The notes under the pieces: model-generated | Database searches by the model: none | The model's input: the letters and a program-made list of their open reading frames with translations, nothing else | Told to the model about the DNA's origin: nothing | Part shown: one piece after another, positions 49,818 through 63,315 of the stretch | How the letters are laid out: each line of letters begins with the position of its first letter | Numbering within the stretch: position 1 is the stretch's first letter | Made by a program: the position numbers and the translations under genes | Assembly: GCF_963676685.1 (NCBI RefSeq) | Contig: NC_092353.1 | Span: forward strand, 61,442,001 to 61,506,000 | Reading direction: 5' to 3' | DNA length: 64,000 nt | DNA from: Mytilus edulis | Taxonomy: Eukaryota

Positions 49818-52427
49818 TACTATATAATGCAAAGAAGCGTTTAAGTCTTTCGCCAAAAAATACTATCAATTTCTTTTTGTCCTATGTAAACCTCCGTACC
49901 ATTTCCTTCCATTCATGATCTTTAAATTGAACTGTAAATATTTCTTGGTACCTTCTTAATTCCTTTATAAGTCTTATGTAAACATAATTATGACAATAAC
50001 TGTTGTGAGCACAAGATTCACTGCACACTTTTAAAGTTCTGCTTCATCAAACATTAAAATGTAAACTTAAGTTTTGAGACTTTTTTAATCGACACGATTG
50101 GGATTTTTGTATATGAGAACATGGTTTATCTATTAGTTGAAAATGCGGCTTTGAACTAGCTTTCAGTACCTGCGAGCATTCGTTGTTCAATACTGTGTAT
50201 CTTTGTGTTATTATTTTATGTGATAAATTGTTGTGTTGGTACACCACTGTAACAATGAAGAAGGAAATGAGGAGGGTTGGTTGGGTGGAAGTGGGGAGGG
50301 GTATGCGGAGCGCTAACAAACATGTCTATGCGGCATGGGCTTTGATCATTGTTGAAGCATCAATATAAGGGGCGTTTAATATCTTAGTAAAACTATTCTA
50401 ATTTTAGATACTATATATTGTTATCTGATATTGGACGAAAGATGTTGCCCTTTTATGTAATTATGTAGTACACGTTACGATCATTTGAAAACACATATTA
50501 AACAGCCAAATGGATGCACAAGAGCTAAAACAGGAGTCATAGATCCTATTGACAACAATTATCTGCCCAATTTTATTGATTTTTTAACATTTGTTTCAAA
50601 TATGACCAACTTCTTATCCAAAATCACCAGCACCGTATCAGGACCCACCAGCAAAATGACAGGACCCACCAGCACAGTATCAGGACATGAATAAATTGAG
50701 AAAATGCTTAATTTTAATAAATTGCAATGTTTTTTTCACAAAATAGTTTTGTCTAGTGGATTGCGGTATAGAAAGCGGACTCTATGAGCATTTTTATGTT
50801 ACGCTTACTGAAACAGTTTAGAGGGTCAACTTTTTAATGGTTTACATATGAACCCATAAGAAACAAAATTGAAAATCTCAACTGTTTTCTTCCATTTTTT
50901 ATGAGTGAAAACGTCAAAAATCATCATTTTCGTCTTTGTTTACATTTTTTCATTGATCACCAGCACCCGTCAGGACCGAATCACCAGCACAGAACGTTCT
51001 CTCGCAGGACAACCATACCCACCGTGAAATACCACACTATACAACTTATAATAGCATTTTTGTTTCTATTTCACTTTGTCATTAGGCATTTTGGCTATTT
51101 GTCTGATAACGGTAAACCGGTGTTTGCCTTAGTTGTATTGACCCAACATTTCAGAATTTCGGTTGTAAATGGTATTTTACTTATTATTTGATTTGTCCTT
51201 CATAATTGTAGATTCTAGCGCAGCTGGCGTACCAAAGTATAACAGTCTGGCATCATTGTCTAATTTGTTATTAATATCTTAAATATATATTTTCTGTTTA
51301 ATAGCTAAAAAAAACCACTGAACAATAGTTGTTATGTTCCTTAATATCCTTTCTTGTTACACCATCTTCGACACTTTCTGCTACACCTATGTCTGTAAAG
51401 ATAAATATTACCCATTAATGAAAATCATTGATTTAAGATAGACAACAAATAATAATAAGACGTAAATATGTTTTTTTGACTGAAACTCAAATACCTTACA
51501 TTGTTAAATGAAATCAAACCAGAATTATTTAGAGCTGTTCTATCTTAAAAAAATATAAGTTATCCACTTCTGTTATCTAATACCATCAAACTACCACCAT
51601 TTTAACGAATTTGTTTTTAAAATAGTACATTCCTGTTATTAACAGTATTCGGTCTAAATAGTCACGGTTTTCTCAGTTTGTTTTAAGTCTTCAAATTGAA
51701 ATTAATGACCTCTCTTATTTCTTTGAAAATTCTAAATTATAAGGTTAATTTTAGCTTATATTTCTCAAAACTTGCAAGCAAATGTATTACAAATTTGAAT
51801 TAACGTTATCATGGTAGAATAATCAAGAAAACGTATACTAAAATATTTTTTGAAAGGACAAACCACAGCAGTTTATATCTATCAAAATGCCAAAAAAAAA
51901 AAAAAACAACCAGAAGAATTTTCATTTGTTATGTGTGAGGTTTGCCAAACTATTTATAAAATTTCGTTACTATATTACCATATTATTCAGTGAAAAGTGT
52001 GTGTTTTTTTTAATACGGTATAAATACCGTTTGTGTTCTTTCATCGAAACATAACGTTTCTCCTTGCTTACTTTTAAAGTAGCAGTGAATACTCAAGTAT
52101 TTTTTTTTGAAATCACAGATAATTGTACAAATGCTAAACGATGCATTTTCTTGTCTTTGATATGAGGTTTTGTTAAATATTGAACCATTTCCATTTCATT
52201 ATTTTCAGCGATTGCGTAATTTTTAATAAGTTTTCTTTTGTATGTGTTTTTTTCATTCAAACATTATGTATCACCTTATAGAACTAAAGAAATTATACAA
52301 TCACGTTTTCTGTGTGCTTTACATGACATTGTTCTACTATGCCAACCATTTTATCTCGTTTATTTCTGATATATTTATAATATGAGCTTCCAATATATAT
52401 AAAAATTCCGTTAAAGTCAATAAGGTC

Positions 52428-52592
52428 TTGTTTTACATTGTTATTTCGGAGCCTTTTATAGCTGACTATGCGGTATGGGCTTTACTCATTGTTAAAGGCC
52501 GTACGGTGACCTATAGTTGTTAATTTCTGTGTCATATTGGTCACTTGTGGAGAGTTGTGTCATTGGCAATCATACCACATCTTCTTTTTTTA
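52428..52592. repeat. Representative copy of an abundant ~170-bp dispersed repeat (SINE/MITE-like)
   Basis: TTTTATAGCTGACTATGCGGTATGGGC...CATTGGCAATCATACCACATCTTCTT. Other copies at about 430, 1463, 3440, 13150, 24430, 27970, 28810, 31405 and 34170. Confidence 0.8.
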
Positions 52593-52989
52593 TATATTTT
52601 AAATACTATGTATTGTGCACATCAATAGGCTGACCTTCAGTATTTACAGCATGAAGGAATTTATATGGTCTTGTATTGACAGGGATTGTTGCGCGTAAAC
52701 ATTTCAGAAAGAAACAAACGTACGATTTAAAACTTCTGAAATTCCTGTTTATAACAAAACTGTTTTCTTTTCAAATATCTGTAATCTGTTTTCTGAATTG
52801 GATTTTACAGGTTTCTCTCCCATTTTGACACAGGATTCAAAGTGAAATACCATACAAACGTCTATCATGTGACAACCTTAGGGCAGATGTTCACCAACTT
52901 GTGGCAAAACCCCCATATAACATAATAATTTTGAAATCAAATTAAGTCAAACTATGTCAAGACTACTAATCAAGGCATAAAACAAACAA

Positions 52990-53870
52990 AATAGAAAGAT
53001 TCACATTGAAGATACAAGTAACTTCTCCAAATCAAGGGATCCATAAAACAAAACAATTCTCTGAAACAAACATTATTAGGATATTTGATCTCCTGATTGA
53101 AACATATACGTTAGCAGGACGTATTTTTAACAATAAATCGGCATTCCCATGGGAACTGACTTTTATCCTCGTCTTGCCAATTTGTTCCTGTATTCAAGTG
53201 AGGCCGCTTTTACAGAGTAGCTTTTATAGATGAACGAAAAGAAGGTAGCAGTACATAATGACAATGTTGAACGCATCTATCCCATTGACCCTGAATAAAG
53301 GATACACCAGATACCGTCCAGTCTGCCTCATATCTTGTATTATATCTAGAAAATTGTCAACGACGGTAGGCTGAGAACTACACTTCACGACAAAAATATA
53401 ATTTAAGTTTTCAAATTGTGAAATTTCCATTTCTATGTCGAAACATTCCATCAGCGCCTGCATATGTATTATCTATCTCCCAGTTGATACAATATTTGAA
53501 GGGTTTGCTTTTCCTACCACAGTTTCTTTAATAGTTAAAGGATTGCTGCTTACAAGAAAGCTATCAAGCCAAAAGTGCCATGTGGTAAACTTGGAGTCAT
53601 CGGACATGAGGTATTGTCGTATGTAGAATCCCGTCTTTTTTGGTTTGTACTATCATTAGTAACACGTTGGAAAATACATATTGAGCAGAATTTGATTTCG
53701 TTTCTAGAGCACCTGACATCACCCGGTGTTTGATGGGGTTCGTGTTTCTGAATCCTTAGTTTCATTGTTGTGTTTTGTATAATGATGTTTGTCTTCTTTT
53801 TCACGGAGTGTCAGTTTGTTTTCTACTTATAAGTTTGGATTTTTCTTTTGCACCTTTCAGCTCTCTTTGT
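52990..53870 (+). mobile_element. Highly decayed Penelope-like retroelement RT fragment
   Basis: GGCATTCCCATGGGAACT (GIPMGT) and TTGCTGCTTACAAGAAAGCTA (LLLTRKL). Homologous and inverted to 57040-58600. Confidence 0.7.
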
Positions 53871-54049
53871 ATTCCGCAAAAAGTCGATAAATAAATGAAT
53901 GAGGTTTCTATAACGACACGTGTGAGTTGCACAATCTTTTTTTCATAATAATTTTGTTTTATTTACACATTAACATATTAAGTTATACACATTTTATGCA
54001 TAATATGAAATATAGGCAGAATAAATGCAACATATTAAAAAGACACAGC

Positions 54050-54920
54050 TAAAATATTTTGATACATTGCAGAATAAGATCTTAGTCAAAGGCTGGTTGG
54101 ACAACATATTGCATTTTGTATGTTTTGAAAATCCTTCCAAGCATATTAACTCTTATTTTTCTAATAGGAGAGTATTTGGTTTGTCCAAGTTTTCATAGTA
54201 TTTTCGATTTCTTTCATCCTGGGGTCATAGTTTGAATTGAAATTTCATTAAGATCCACAGAGAAATTTATCCCATGAAGTGTAAATGAAAGTGGAACCAC
54301 ACGAAAATCCTCACTTAACATTCATAGTTTTTATGGCTAAGCTTTTTCTTATTAATCCATACAAACTTGGTCTTGTCTAAATTCAAATTAAGGCTTGAAA
54401 AATCTGCACATTAATCTCGAGTACGGAGAGGTGCAACCTAAGATTCTGGTGATCCATCCAGTATAAGAGTAGTATCATCTGCATATTGTGAAATGCGATA
54501 CTCAGAGTCAACTTCAGTGATTCCTTAAATTTGGTTATTATTTCGTATTTTTAAAAGTATATCAAGTTTCTCTGCACACAGTAAAAATAAATATGCTGAC
54601 ACGGAATTCCCTTTTCGACAGCCGTCTCTGAATTTAACATAATTCTGAGAGATGGCAATTTTGAGTTATTGCAGATTGAATTCTACTATATCAAGTAATG
54701 TTCCAATGTTAAATACTAGTAGATGGTCCGAAATTGAGGAAAGTGCAATATCCTTTTAAAAAACCTTTAACAAATTGAGTCTAACGTCTTTTCAAAATCA
54801 ATAATGAGGAGATTACCAGATATGTCATTTTCTTCCGTGTACAATGACTTGACTAGTATTTTCACCAATAAATATCTTCCAGGAATGAACCCTGTTTAAT
54901 CAATTTTTATCAAAATGGAC
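54050..54920 (-). mobile_element. Decayed L1/Tx1-type LINE RT fragment
   Basis: Minus-strand remnants TGFIPGRY, LLIIDFEK, GCRKGNSVSAYLFLLCAE, YRISQYADDTTL. Confidence 0.85.
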
Positions 54921-55120
54921 AAGATATAATTCAATTTTGACCAAAAAAAATGATAAATAACAAGTTATAGATAAACTCATCATAGATACCAGGGGTGGTG
55001 TTCTCGAAAGTATCATAAGATTCGTCCTAAGACGCATCTTAGATCAATTTTAGGATGGACTTAGGATCATCTTAGGACACTCTTAAGTTGTGTCTCCAAG
55101 CTATCTGAGATGCAACTTAT

Positions 55121-55531
55121 GAAACGCGCGTCTGGCGTACTAAATTTTAATCCCGGTTCCTTTGATAATTATTCACACCACTGGGTCGATGCCACTGCTG
55201 GTGGACGTTTCGTCCCCGAGGGTATCACCAGCCCAGTAGACAGTACTTTGGTGTTGACATAAATATAAATAATGTGGTTATTTTTTTTTAATAAGTTTCC
55301 TGTTAACAAAACTTTGAATTTTTCGAAAAACTAAGGATTTTCTTATCCCAGGCATTGATTGCATTAGCCGTATTTGGCACAACTTTTTGGAATTTTGGAT
55401 CCTCAATGCTCTTCAACTTTGTACTTGTTTGGCTTTATACATACTTTTAATATGAGCGTCACTGATGAGTTTTATGTAGACGAAACGCGCGTCTGGTGTA
55501 CTAAATTATAATCCTGGTACCTTTGATAACT
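55121..55531 (+). mobile_element. Non-LTR retrozyme (~361-nt monomer plus terminal redundancy)
   Basis: GAAACGCGCGTCTGG-Y-GTACTAAATT is repeated at 55121 and 55482. Contains a type I hammerhead. Confidence 0.85.
55454..55500 (+). ncRNA. Type I hammerhead ribozyme
   Basis: Stem I GCGTCA/TGGTGT, CTGATGA, stem II GTTT/AGAC, GAAA, palindromic stem III ACGCGCGT, GTC cleavage triplet at 55491-55493. Confidence 0.88.
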
Positions 55532-56432
55532 AGTTATGTTAGGACGTCATAAACATATCCGAAGTCGAAATTTTAAATCGTAAAAGTATTTTTTGATAAA
55601 GCATTTATTAATGACGAAACCATTTAACAAAATTGTATTATGAATTTTATGATAACATGTATAGAATAAAAAAAAAACATGATTTCAAATGTAATTACAT
55701 AAAAAAGGATTGTAATTTAAACTGGAAAACAATTTGTATAGAAATGGTAATTAAATTTGTAAATTTCGGAAAACACGAAGTTCAAAGTTTTTACACAAAA
55801 GTTTTATACATGTTTTATCCTATTTTTACAAAGGATTAAAAAAAAAAAAACCGTCGGCATATGTGACAAAGTTAGGACAGACGATTTTTTCATAATTTGT
55901 ATTTAGCCTAACGACGGTAAATTAGCAATATTCATATTCATAAGTCAATGTATAAATGGCAAATCAAGGGATTCACACGAATTTAAAATGGAACGGAAAA
56001 TAAACCGATAAGTTTGGCGTTTATTGCTTTACATGTATAAAAACAGTAACAATGTCTGGTCGATATACAGCAAAGGGAATATATACAAATGTATGAAATC
56101 GTGAAAATGACGATTTTACGTTGCACAGTTAAGATTTGTAAGGAATAACCAAAAAGTAATGGAACCGAACAACTTTTGAAGTAAAAGTTTCATGTATTTG
56201 TCATAATTAACCAACTGATTAGGTTTTAAGCTATTTTGAAATGTAATTTGCACAAGAAGACAGAGGATATTTCATAAATAAAAAGGGTACTGTGAATGTT
56301 TAATTCTGAAATTGAATTGGTCAGTTGAAATTGAGATTGAAAAAGATGTCAAAGAGACACCAAACCGACAAAAGAGCTGAAAACAGCCGAAGGCCACCAA
56401 AGCGTCTTCAACACAGAGAAAAATTCCCCTAT

Positions 56433-56463
56433 CGGGGGGGGGGGGGGGGGGGGGGAGGGGGGG
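56433..56463. repeat. Poly-G tract
   Basis: About 30 nt, nearly pure G. Confidence 0.85.
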
Positions 56464-57039
56464 AGAGCGTGCTTCTGCTGGTCCCTAATTCACCTTTTTC
56501 TCTTCTTGATCTATCTTCGTTTATCCAGTGCAAAAGTAAAATCACAAAAATTCTGAATTCCGAGGAAAATTCAAACCGAAAGTCCCTAATCAAATGACAA
56601 AATCAAAAACTAAATCACACCAAACGAATGGATAACGAATTAAAATCTTACCCTTGTCCCCGACGATATTGCGAAGATTGGGTCCGATATGGTAGAGATT
56701 GGTAACTACAAATAGTAAATATATTTGATTAAATTACCAAATTGATGAAACAGAATCGTTTCCATCAGTACTGGACATTATTTTCGATCTAGGAGATTAA
56801 ACATAACTATTATGAACATGCATGCAATCAGTTGCTTTTAATCGACTGATAACGATCGATCAAATAGTACAGACTCATTTTTTTAAAGGTACCTTTTTGA
56901 AGTTGAAATTTATTATTATTCGTATATTGTAACTAATTTGATTCGTTCAGTGTTAGTCACATGTTATACTTAATTTTCGAAGGTAGATAGGAAACGGCGG
57001 ATTTCAAACGTTATAATGCACGGTTATTTTAAGAATATT

Positions 57040-59366
57040 CAATAAAAGAGGGACAAAAGATACCAGAGGGACAGTCAAACTCATAAAAAGAACATAAACT
57101 GACAATGCCATGGCTAAAAATGAAAAAGACAAACAGACAAACAGACAAACAATACCACACATGACACAACATATAAAACTAAAGAAGAAGCAACACGAAC
57201 CCCACCAAAAACTGGGGGGTGATCTCAGGTGCTCCAGAAGGGTACGCAGCATCTGCTCCACATGTGACATCCGTTGTGTTGCTCACGTTATAACAAAATC
57301 CGGTAAATAGTTTAATTCGGTATGTCACATTCATGAAAGGGAAGGGTAATGTAGTTACGACGTAAGGAACATATCCGATATAATCTGTGAAACGGTTATT
57401 CCATAACGGCCAACCAACTCGTGATGGGGTCCGTAAAATTTACCATGTGATGATTTCAACTTCACCATGTGGAACTCTTGGTTTAATAGCTTCCTTGTGA
57501 GCAGCAATCCTCTATCAAGGAAATCATGATAGGAAATACAAGCACGATAATATCGTATCAATTGGGAGATCTATATTCCGTATGCAGGTGCTGCTGGAAT
57601 GTTGCTACTTAGTAATGGAAAGTTCACAATTGGAAAGCTGAAATCATCTCTTTTGTCGAAAAGTTTTGTTTTCAAAAGATGGACGAAAGATACCAGAGGG
57701 ATAGTCAAACTCATAGATATAAAATAAACTGACAACGTACGCCATGGCTAAAAATAAAAAGACAAACAGACAAATATTAGTACAGAAAACCTAACATAGA
57801 AAACTAAAGACTAAGCAACACGAACCCCACCAAAAACTGGGGGTGATCTCAGGTGCTCCGGAAGGGTAATCAGACCCTACTCAACATGTGGTACCCGTCG
57901 TGTTGCTTATGTTATTACAAATCCGGTAAATAGTTTAATACGGTAGGTCACATTCATAAAAAGGGAAGGGTAATATTAATGTAGTTACGACATAAGGAAC
58001 ATATCCGATATCATCTGTGAAACGGTTATTCCATAACAGTCAACCAACTCGTGATGGCGTCCGTAAAATTTACGAAGGGATGATTTCAATTTCACCATGT
58101 GGAACTCTTGGTTTAATAGCTTCCTTGTAAGTAGCAATCCTCTATCAAGGAAATCATGACAGGAAATACAAGCCTGGGCCCTATTGTCAATTTCTAGATT
58201 TAAGTCAAGATATGAGGCCGACTTAACTGTATCTGTTGTATCCTTTATCGATTAGGTAGATGCGTGCAACATAGTCACCAAATTTTGAATTATTTAGTGA
58301 GAGAACATCATCTATATAGCGAAAAGTAAAGTTAAAGGATATTGCTGACTTTTTATCTTTCTTCCTGAGAAGTTCCTGTATAAAGCCAGCCTCATAATAA
58401 TAAAGAAACAAGTCGGCAAGAAGAGGGGCACAATTGGTTCCTATTGGAATGCCGACAGTCTGTTGAAAAACACGTCCTCCGAGAACGTTACACATATGTT
58501 GTCAATCAAAAAATCAAGCAGCTTGATAATGTCAGATTCAGAGAATTTTTTGTTTGAATCAGAGTGATCCTTTACAAAGTAGGATTTATCCCTCCCTAAG
58601 ACAAGATACTTGTATTTACGTTGGCCATTCTTTTTTTTATGAAACAAAGCAATACCAACTCTTTCAATTTGTCTTTTAGCTTGGAATGTGGAATACTTGT
58701 GTAAAGTGTAGAAAAGTAAAATGTTTTAATATTATTGCAAGATGAAAGAGAGTTAGATTGTATGTACTATAAAAGATCTTTGGAATTTTTTAGGATCCAC
58801 ATCTGATTCACGCACCACCTCTAGAATATGCAGTTTCACAATAACTTTGAAGCCCGGCATAAATTGCTGATAAAATAGATGTTAATAATTTAGAAAAAAA
58901 AGGTTTCATGGAGCACTTGGAAGACCCAGCAACATACCGTTGTTTGTAAGGACACTTATGTTGTTTAGTTATCCAATACAGTGATGGAAGATCCAGTTCT
59001 TCATGTTTGGTTGAAATTCCAAAGGAACATAGAACAGACCTATGGTTATCCAGGATTTCCTCTTTGGTAGGTGTCGTGAGGGTATATATTGAGTTTCCAA
59101 GTGATTTGTCAATACCTAATTCGTTTATTTAGCAGTTAATGTAATGAGTTTTACACACAAAAACGATGTTGTTTGGGGCTTTATCTGCGGGGACAACAAC
59201 ATATTTGTCATGGAGGTAGGATAAGTGCTTTGCAACATTTGGGTCTTTAAAGATTGACGTAGCATGGGCATTGATAGACCCATTCAGTTTCTTAATTCTG
59301 ATTTGTATAAACGAACTCACAGCCTTAATCCATTCGGAAAGAGTGTCTACGTCTCCCTTCACGCGC
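57040..59366 (-). mobile_element. Penelope-like retroelement (degenerate RT) with partial tandem 3' duplication
   Basis: VVVPADKAPNNIVFVCK, QQTVGIPIGTNCAPLLADLFL, FRYIDDVL, IRYYRAC...LLLTRKLLNQ. 57050-57545 is duplicated at 57680-58172. Several frameshifts. Confidence 0.85.
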
Positions 59367-59563
59367 CTAGTAGTCACTTTTTGTGCTGACATGAATTATC
59401 ATTGATATTGTTATATCTATAAATTAACTGTTTACAAAACTTTCATTTTTTTTAAATACTAAGGCTTTTCTACCTCAGGCATAGATTACCTTAGCTGTAT
59501 TTGGCAACACTTTTAGGAATTTTGGATCTCAATGCTCTTCAACTTCGTACTTTATTTGGCTTT

Positions 59564-59600
<37 letters not shown>

Positions 59601-59700
59601 TTTTTTGGATTCGAGCGTCACTGATGAGTCTTTTGTAGACGAAACGCGCGTCTGGCGTATATATAAAATTTAGTCCTGGTATCTATGATGAGTTTATTTA
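59367..59700 (+). mobile_element. Retrozyme (second subfamily, partial monomer)
   Basis: Homologous to 55230-55530. Contains an intact hammerhead and an expanded poly-T. Confidence 0.8.
59613..59659 (+). ncRNA. Type I hammerhead ribozyme
   Basis: GAGCGTCA-CTGATGA-GTCT-TTTGT-AGAC-GAAA-CGCGC-GTC-TGGCGT. All core nucleotides are intact. Confidence 0.92.
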
Positions 59701-60729
59701 GGTTCAACCAACCATGTTCTTCTTAAAATGTCCAGTACCAAGTCAGGAAAATGGCCATTGTTATATAATAGTTCTTTTCTGTGTGTGTTACATTTTAGTG
59801 TTGTGTTTCTGTTGTGTTGTAGTTCTCTTATATTTGATGTGTTTCCCTCAGTTTTAGTTTGTAACCCGGATTTGTTTTTTTCTCAATCGATTTATGAATT
59901 TCGAACAGCGGTATACTACTGTTGCCTTTATTTATATTGTCTTGTAATGCTGGATAAGCCAATCGAATTAACGCAGATTTTCGGATTACTTTTTCGTATC
60001 ACACTCCGTGCAGTGTGACACGAGAAATATCTATTCATACTAGAAATAGATAACAGGACACAACCATAAGAGAAATTCAGGTACAGAATTAATTGCTTCC
60101 AAGGTGGTAACCCAACAAGATAACCCAGGTGGTTCGAGTGAATATTATTATTTTGTAATAAATTCAGATTATTGACGCAGTTGATTTCATAATTTTTTTA
60201 TCGAAGCAATATTATTTTTATATAACTAATTGTTTTATTTTATAATTTTAACAGCGAAATATGTGAGTGCAAAAAGGAGTTTTTTTGAATCTTCACTCTG
60301 GCCTAAAGTGTTTCACCTTTATTTTGCATGAGTGTTTTTTCTTTCCTTAAATGCTTGCGAGTTTGGTCGATCCTCCACAAATTTTTGATACAATAGGCCA
60401 TTTGTCAATAGATCAACACTTCATACAATACTCTAAAAGCTAAACCTATTATCCACAAATTTTCACACAAGATTAGGAATAACGAAAGAATGCTCCCTCT
60501 TGCTTTTAACGAATTCAAGTTTTGTCATTCCAGAATTACTGGACTTTATTCCTGGAAAAATAAACATTTACTCAAATGTTGTAGAAGAACTCAACTTTGC
60601 TTTGATACTTTTTCGAGATATTGTATCACAAGGCTAGATTTTATCAAATAAGATCACTTTTGTCATTCCAAAGTTATGGTTCTTGTTTTCATACAGAATT
60701 GAGTATTTACAACGGTATCACATATCAAA

Positions 60730-62299
60730 TATATATTTTGTAAAATGCCTGAAAACTTTAGGCATTTTCCAAAATGCCTGCAAGATTCAGTCATTATCCA
60801 TAATGACTAAATTTTCTAGGCATTTTACAAAATGCCTAGAAAAATTGAAAGGCATTTTACAAAATGCCTGAAATTATTTTATAGAATAAAATCTTAAGAA
60901 AAACATTTGAAAGCCTTGAAAACCAGAGCTGTTTAATTTGTGATAATTACTGAATTAAAAAAGAAGAGCTTAAATAATCAAGAATACATTTTACTGAATA
61001 ATTACAATTCGCACCTGACATTTTTTTTTTTAATTTCTAAAAATGTTTGCACGACAGAACTACATAATATTTGTCCTAATTGTTTGCTAATATATTGTTT
61101 GGCGTAAAATCTTATTAAGCACTCAGACCACATTTGGAGAAATCTGGATCATCACACGTTTAGGTCTTTCACTACCTTTACTGTTCTTTACTGATAAAGT
61201 ACTTAACGTTAGGCAACATAAGGTTTCGCAATAAGCACACACATCTCAGATGCATATCTTTTTTTTCATATGTTCTAAAAAAAAACCAACAAAGTATGTT
61301 AGCAGGAAACGCTTCTCTTGTGAAAGCACTGTTAGCTTTCTTTTCTTTGTCGATTTTTAGCTCTCCTAGCCAAGGGAGTCAAGTGAGCTTTTCTCATCTC
61401 GGCGACTGGCTTCCGTCTTTGTCTGTTAACTTTTAAAAAACATGTTATCCTATGGAACTACTAGGTCAAATATAACCAAACTTGGCAACAATTGATCATT
61501 AGAGTATCTTGTTTAATCCCTGATTGCCAAACAATATGGCCAACATGGCTATAAATGGAACATAGGGGTAAAATACAGTTTTTGGTTTGATATATCTCTA
61601 AATCTAATACATTTAGATCAAATCTGACATGGGGGTTCAAAAGTTCTTCAGGTTAATATCTATCAGCCCTGACATTTTCAGACGATCGGACAACTCTTTT
61701 GAGAACTCTACGGTTGTTCTGAAGAAAATGTATGACATATTTGCAACTGAAAGCAAAAAAAATAAATAAAAATCCAGCAAAACGAACATTTCTCTATTTC
61801 ATATGTTTCACTTTACTGTTTTGAATCTATATTTTCTAAAAATGTGATTGTAAATTCTGTTCTATTGACAGAACAATTTGTCTGTTTGCCATATTGACAA
61901 AATAATTATAAATTCACTGTTGGTTTTTGAAATACAGAGTGAGTACGTACTTAACGTAGTTTCCCTAAAAAGAACATATCATATGGCATAAAAAAAAAAC
62001 TTCCAATCTGGTTTTTGGAGAATAAATTAGTTCTGCCAAACCATTATTTATTATCTTTGTAAGATATTGTGTTTTTGTCAACTTTGTCATATGCATCTCA
62101 ATGATATCTTCCTTCTACAAATTGCCTGAAACTCTACAGACAATTTGTGGAATATCGCATCAAAATTTCAGTCATTTTACAAAATGACTAGGTATTTTTA
62201 GTCATTTTGTATAATGCCTGTCGAGGTTAGGCATTTTTTAAATTGCCTGAAAATTCAGTCATTTTACAAAATGCCTAAATTTAGAAAATGCCTGTAACA
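60730..62299. mobile_element. Non-autonomous DNA transposon with AGGCATTTTACAAAATGCCT subterminal repeats and a nested Helentron-like fragment (~61353-61700)
   Basis: Palindromic repeat clusters at 60735-60875 and 62165-62299. Right end ...GCCTGTAACA abuts (TA)n. Confidence 0.55.
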
Positions 62300-63315
62300 T
62301 ATATATAATATAGTATGCTTGGATTGATTTCCTTCACTTTTGCCCTGTTGTTGAGATTTAGTGAAATATTTAATTATTTTATCTCTATCAATTCGGGCGT
62401 GGGGTCTATGCCCAATTTGGACCTGTATTTTACACTGCATAACAACAAGAAAAAAAACCCCAGGTTTGTAAATTGGATTAACTTAAAATTCATGCTTGAA
62501 TAAATACCAAAGAGACATAAATGAACTATTATTTTAATTAGCAAAATAAAGGCCACGGCTCACAAATTAATCAAACACTAATTTGTCATCAATAAAAATG
62601 ACACATTAGCATGATCATAAATCACAAATGATCAAAATTAACACATTAGCGTGGATCACTGTTGATTAGTTGTAATAGTAGAATGGATCACGATTGATCA
62701 ATTAAAAAGTTTAGCATCATGCCATGGATCACGATTGATCAATTATAACATTAGCATGGATCAAGAATGATCAAATAGAACCATCTGTACAAAAAGAGCA
62801 CTTTATCATTACTGTCCAATACTGACATTGACTTTAAAAATACTGGCCCTGGGAACAGAAGCTCAGTAACGGATATTAGAGTCCATTATGTGACTGACAT
62901 GGTGCAAGATTGTTGGCATTGTCTCGCTTTCCCGCCAAATGGTCACATGTTAAATATGCGATCACCGCCATGAAATAAAAGAAAACGACAAACAAGCCGT
63001 GGTCTTATTGACTTTTGGTTACTACATATTTATATTAATCCCTTCTCTTGCAGGGCGAAGCCTTTAAATAAACGAACTTCATAGCACACTATTGCAAGTG
63101 CACGACTTAAATTAACAAAACATTATTAAATTGTAACCACATAGTTTGTACACTTAATCATTATCTGCACAAATTTTTCCCCCATTAGTAACGATTACAC
63201 AACTTCCTGGAGAAAACTTTGAATTCTATACAAAATAGTTCATTTCCCATGTTTGAAAGATGAAAACCGCCCATTTTGAAAAGTCCCTTCTCATTCCATG
63301 TTATTTCAGGATATT

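Larger units (their letters stand above)
47385..50996. repeat. Distant inverted clusters of GTGCTGGTG/CACCAGCAC motifs, probably the ends of an old DNA transposon with nested insertions
   Basis: GTGCTGGTG and GTCCTG motifs at 47385-47420 and 47565-47632 are mirrored at 50625-50690 and 50958-50996. Confidence 0.5.

Noticed and set aside
56325-56597. Gly-rich ORF
   Set aside because: It arises from a poly-G tract between repeat fragments.
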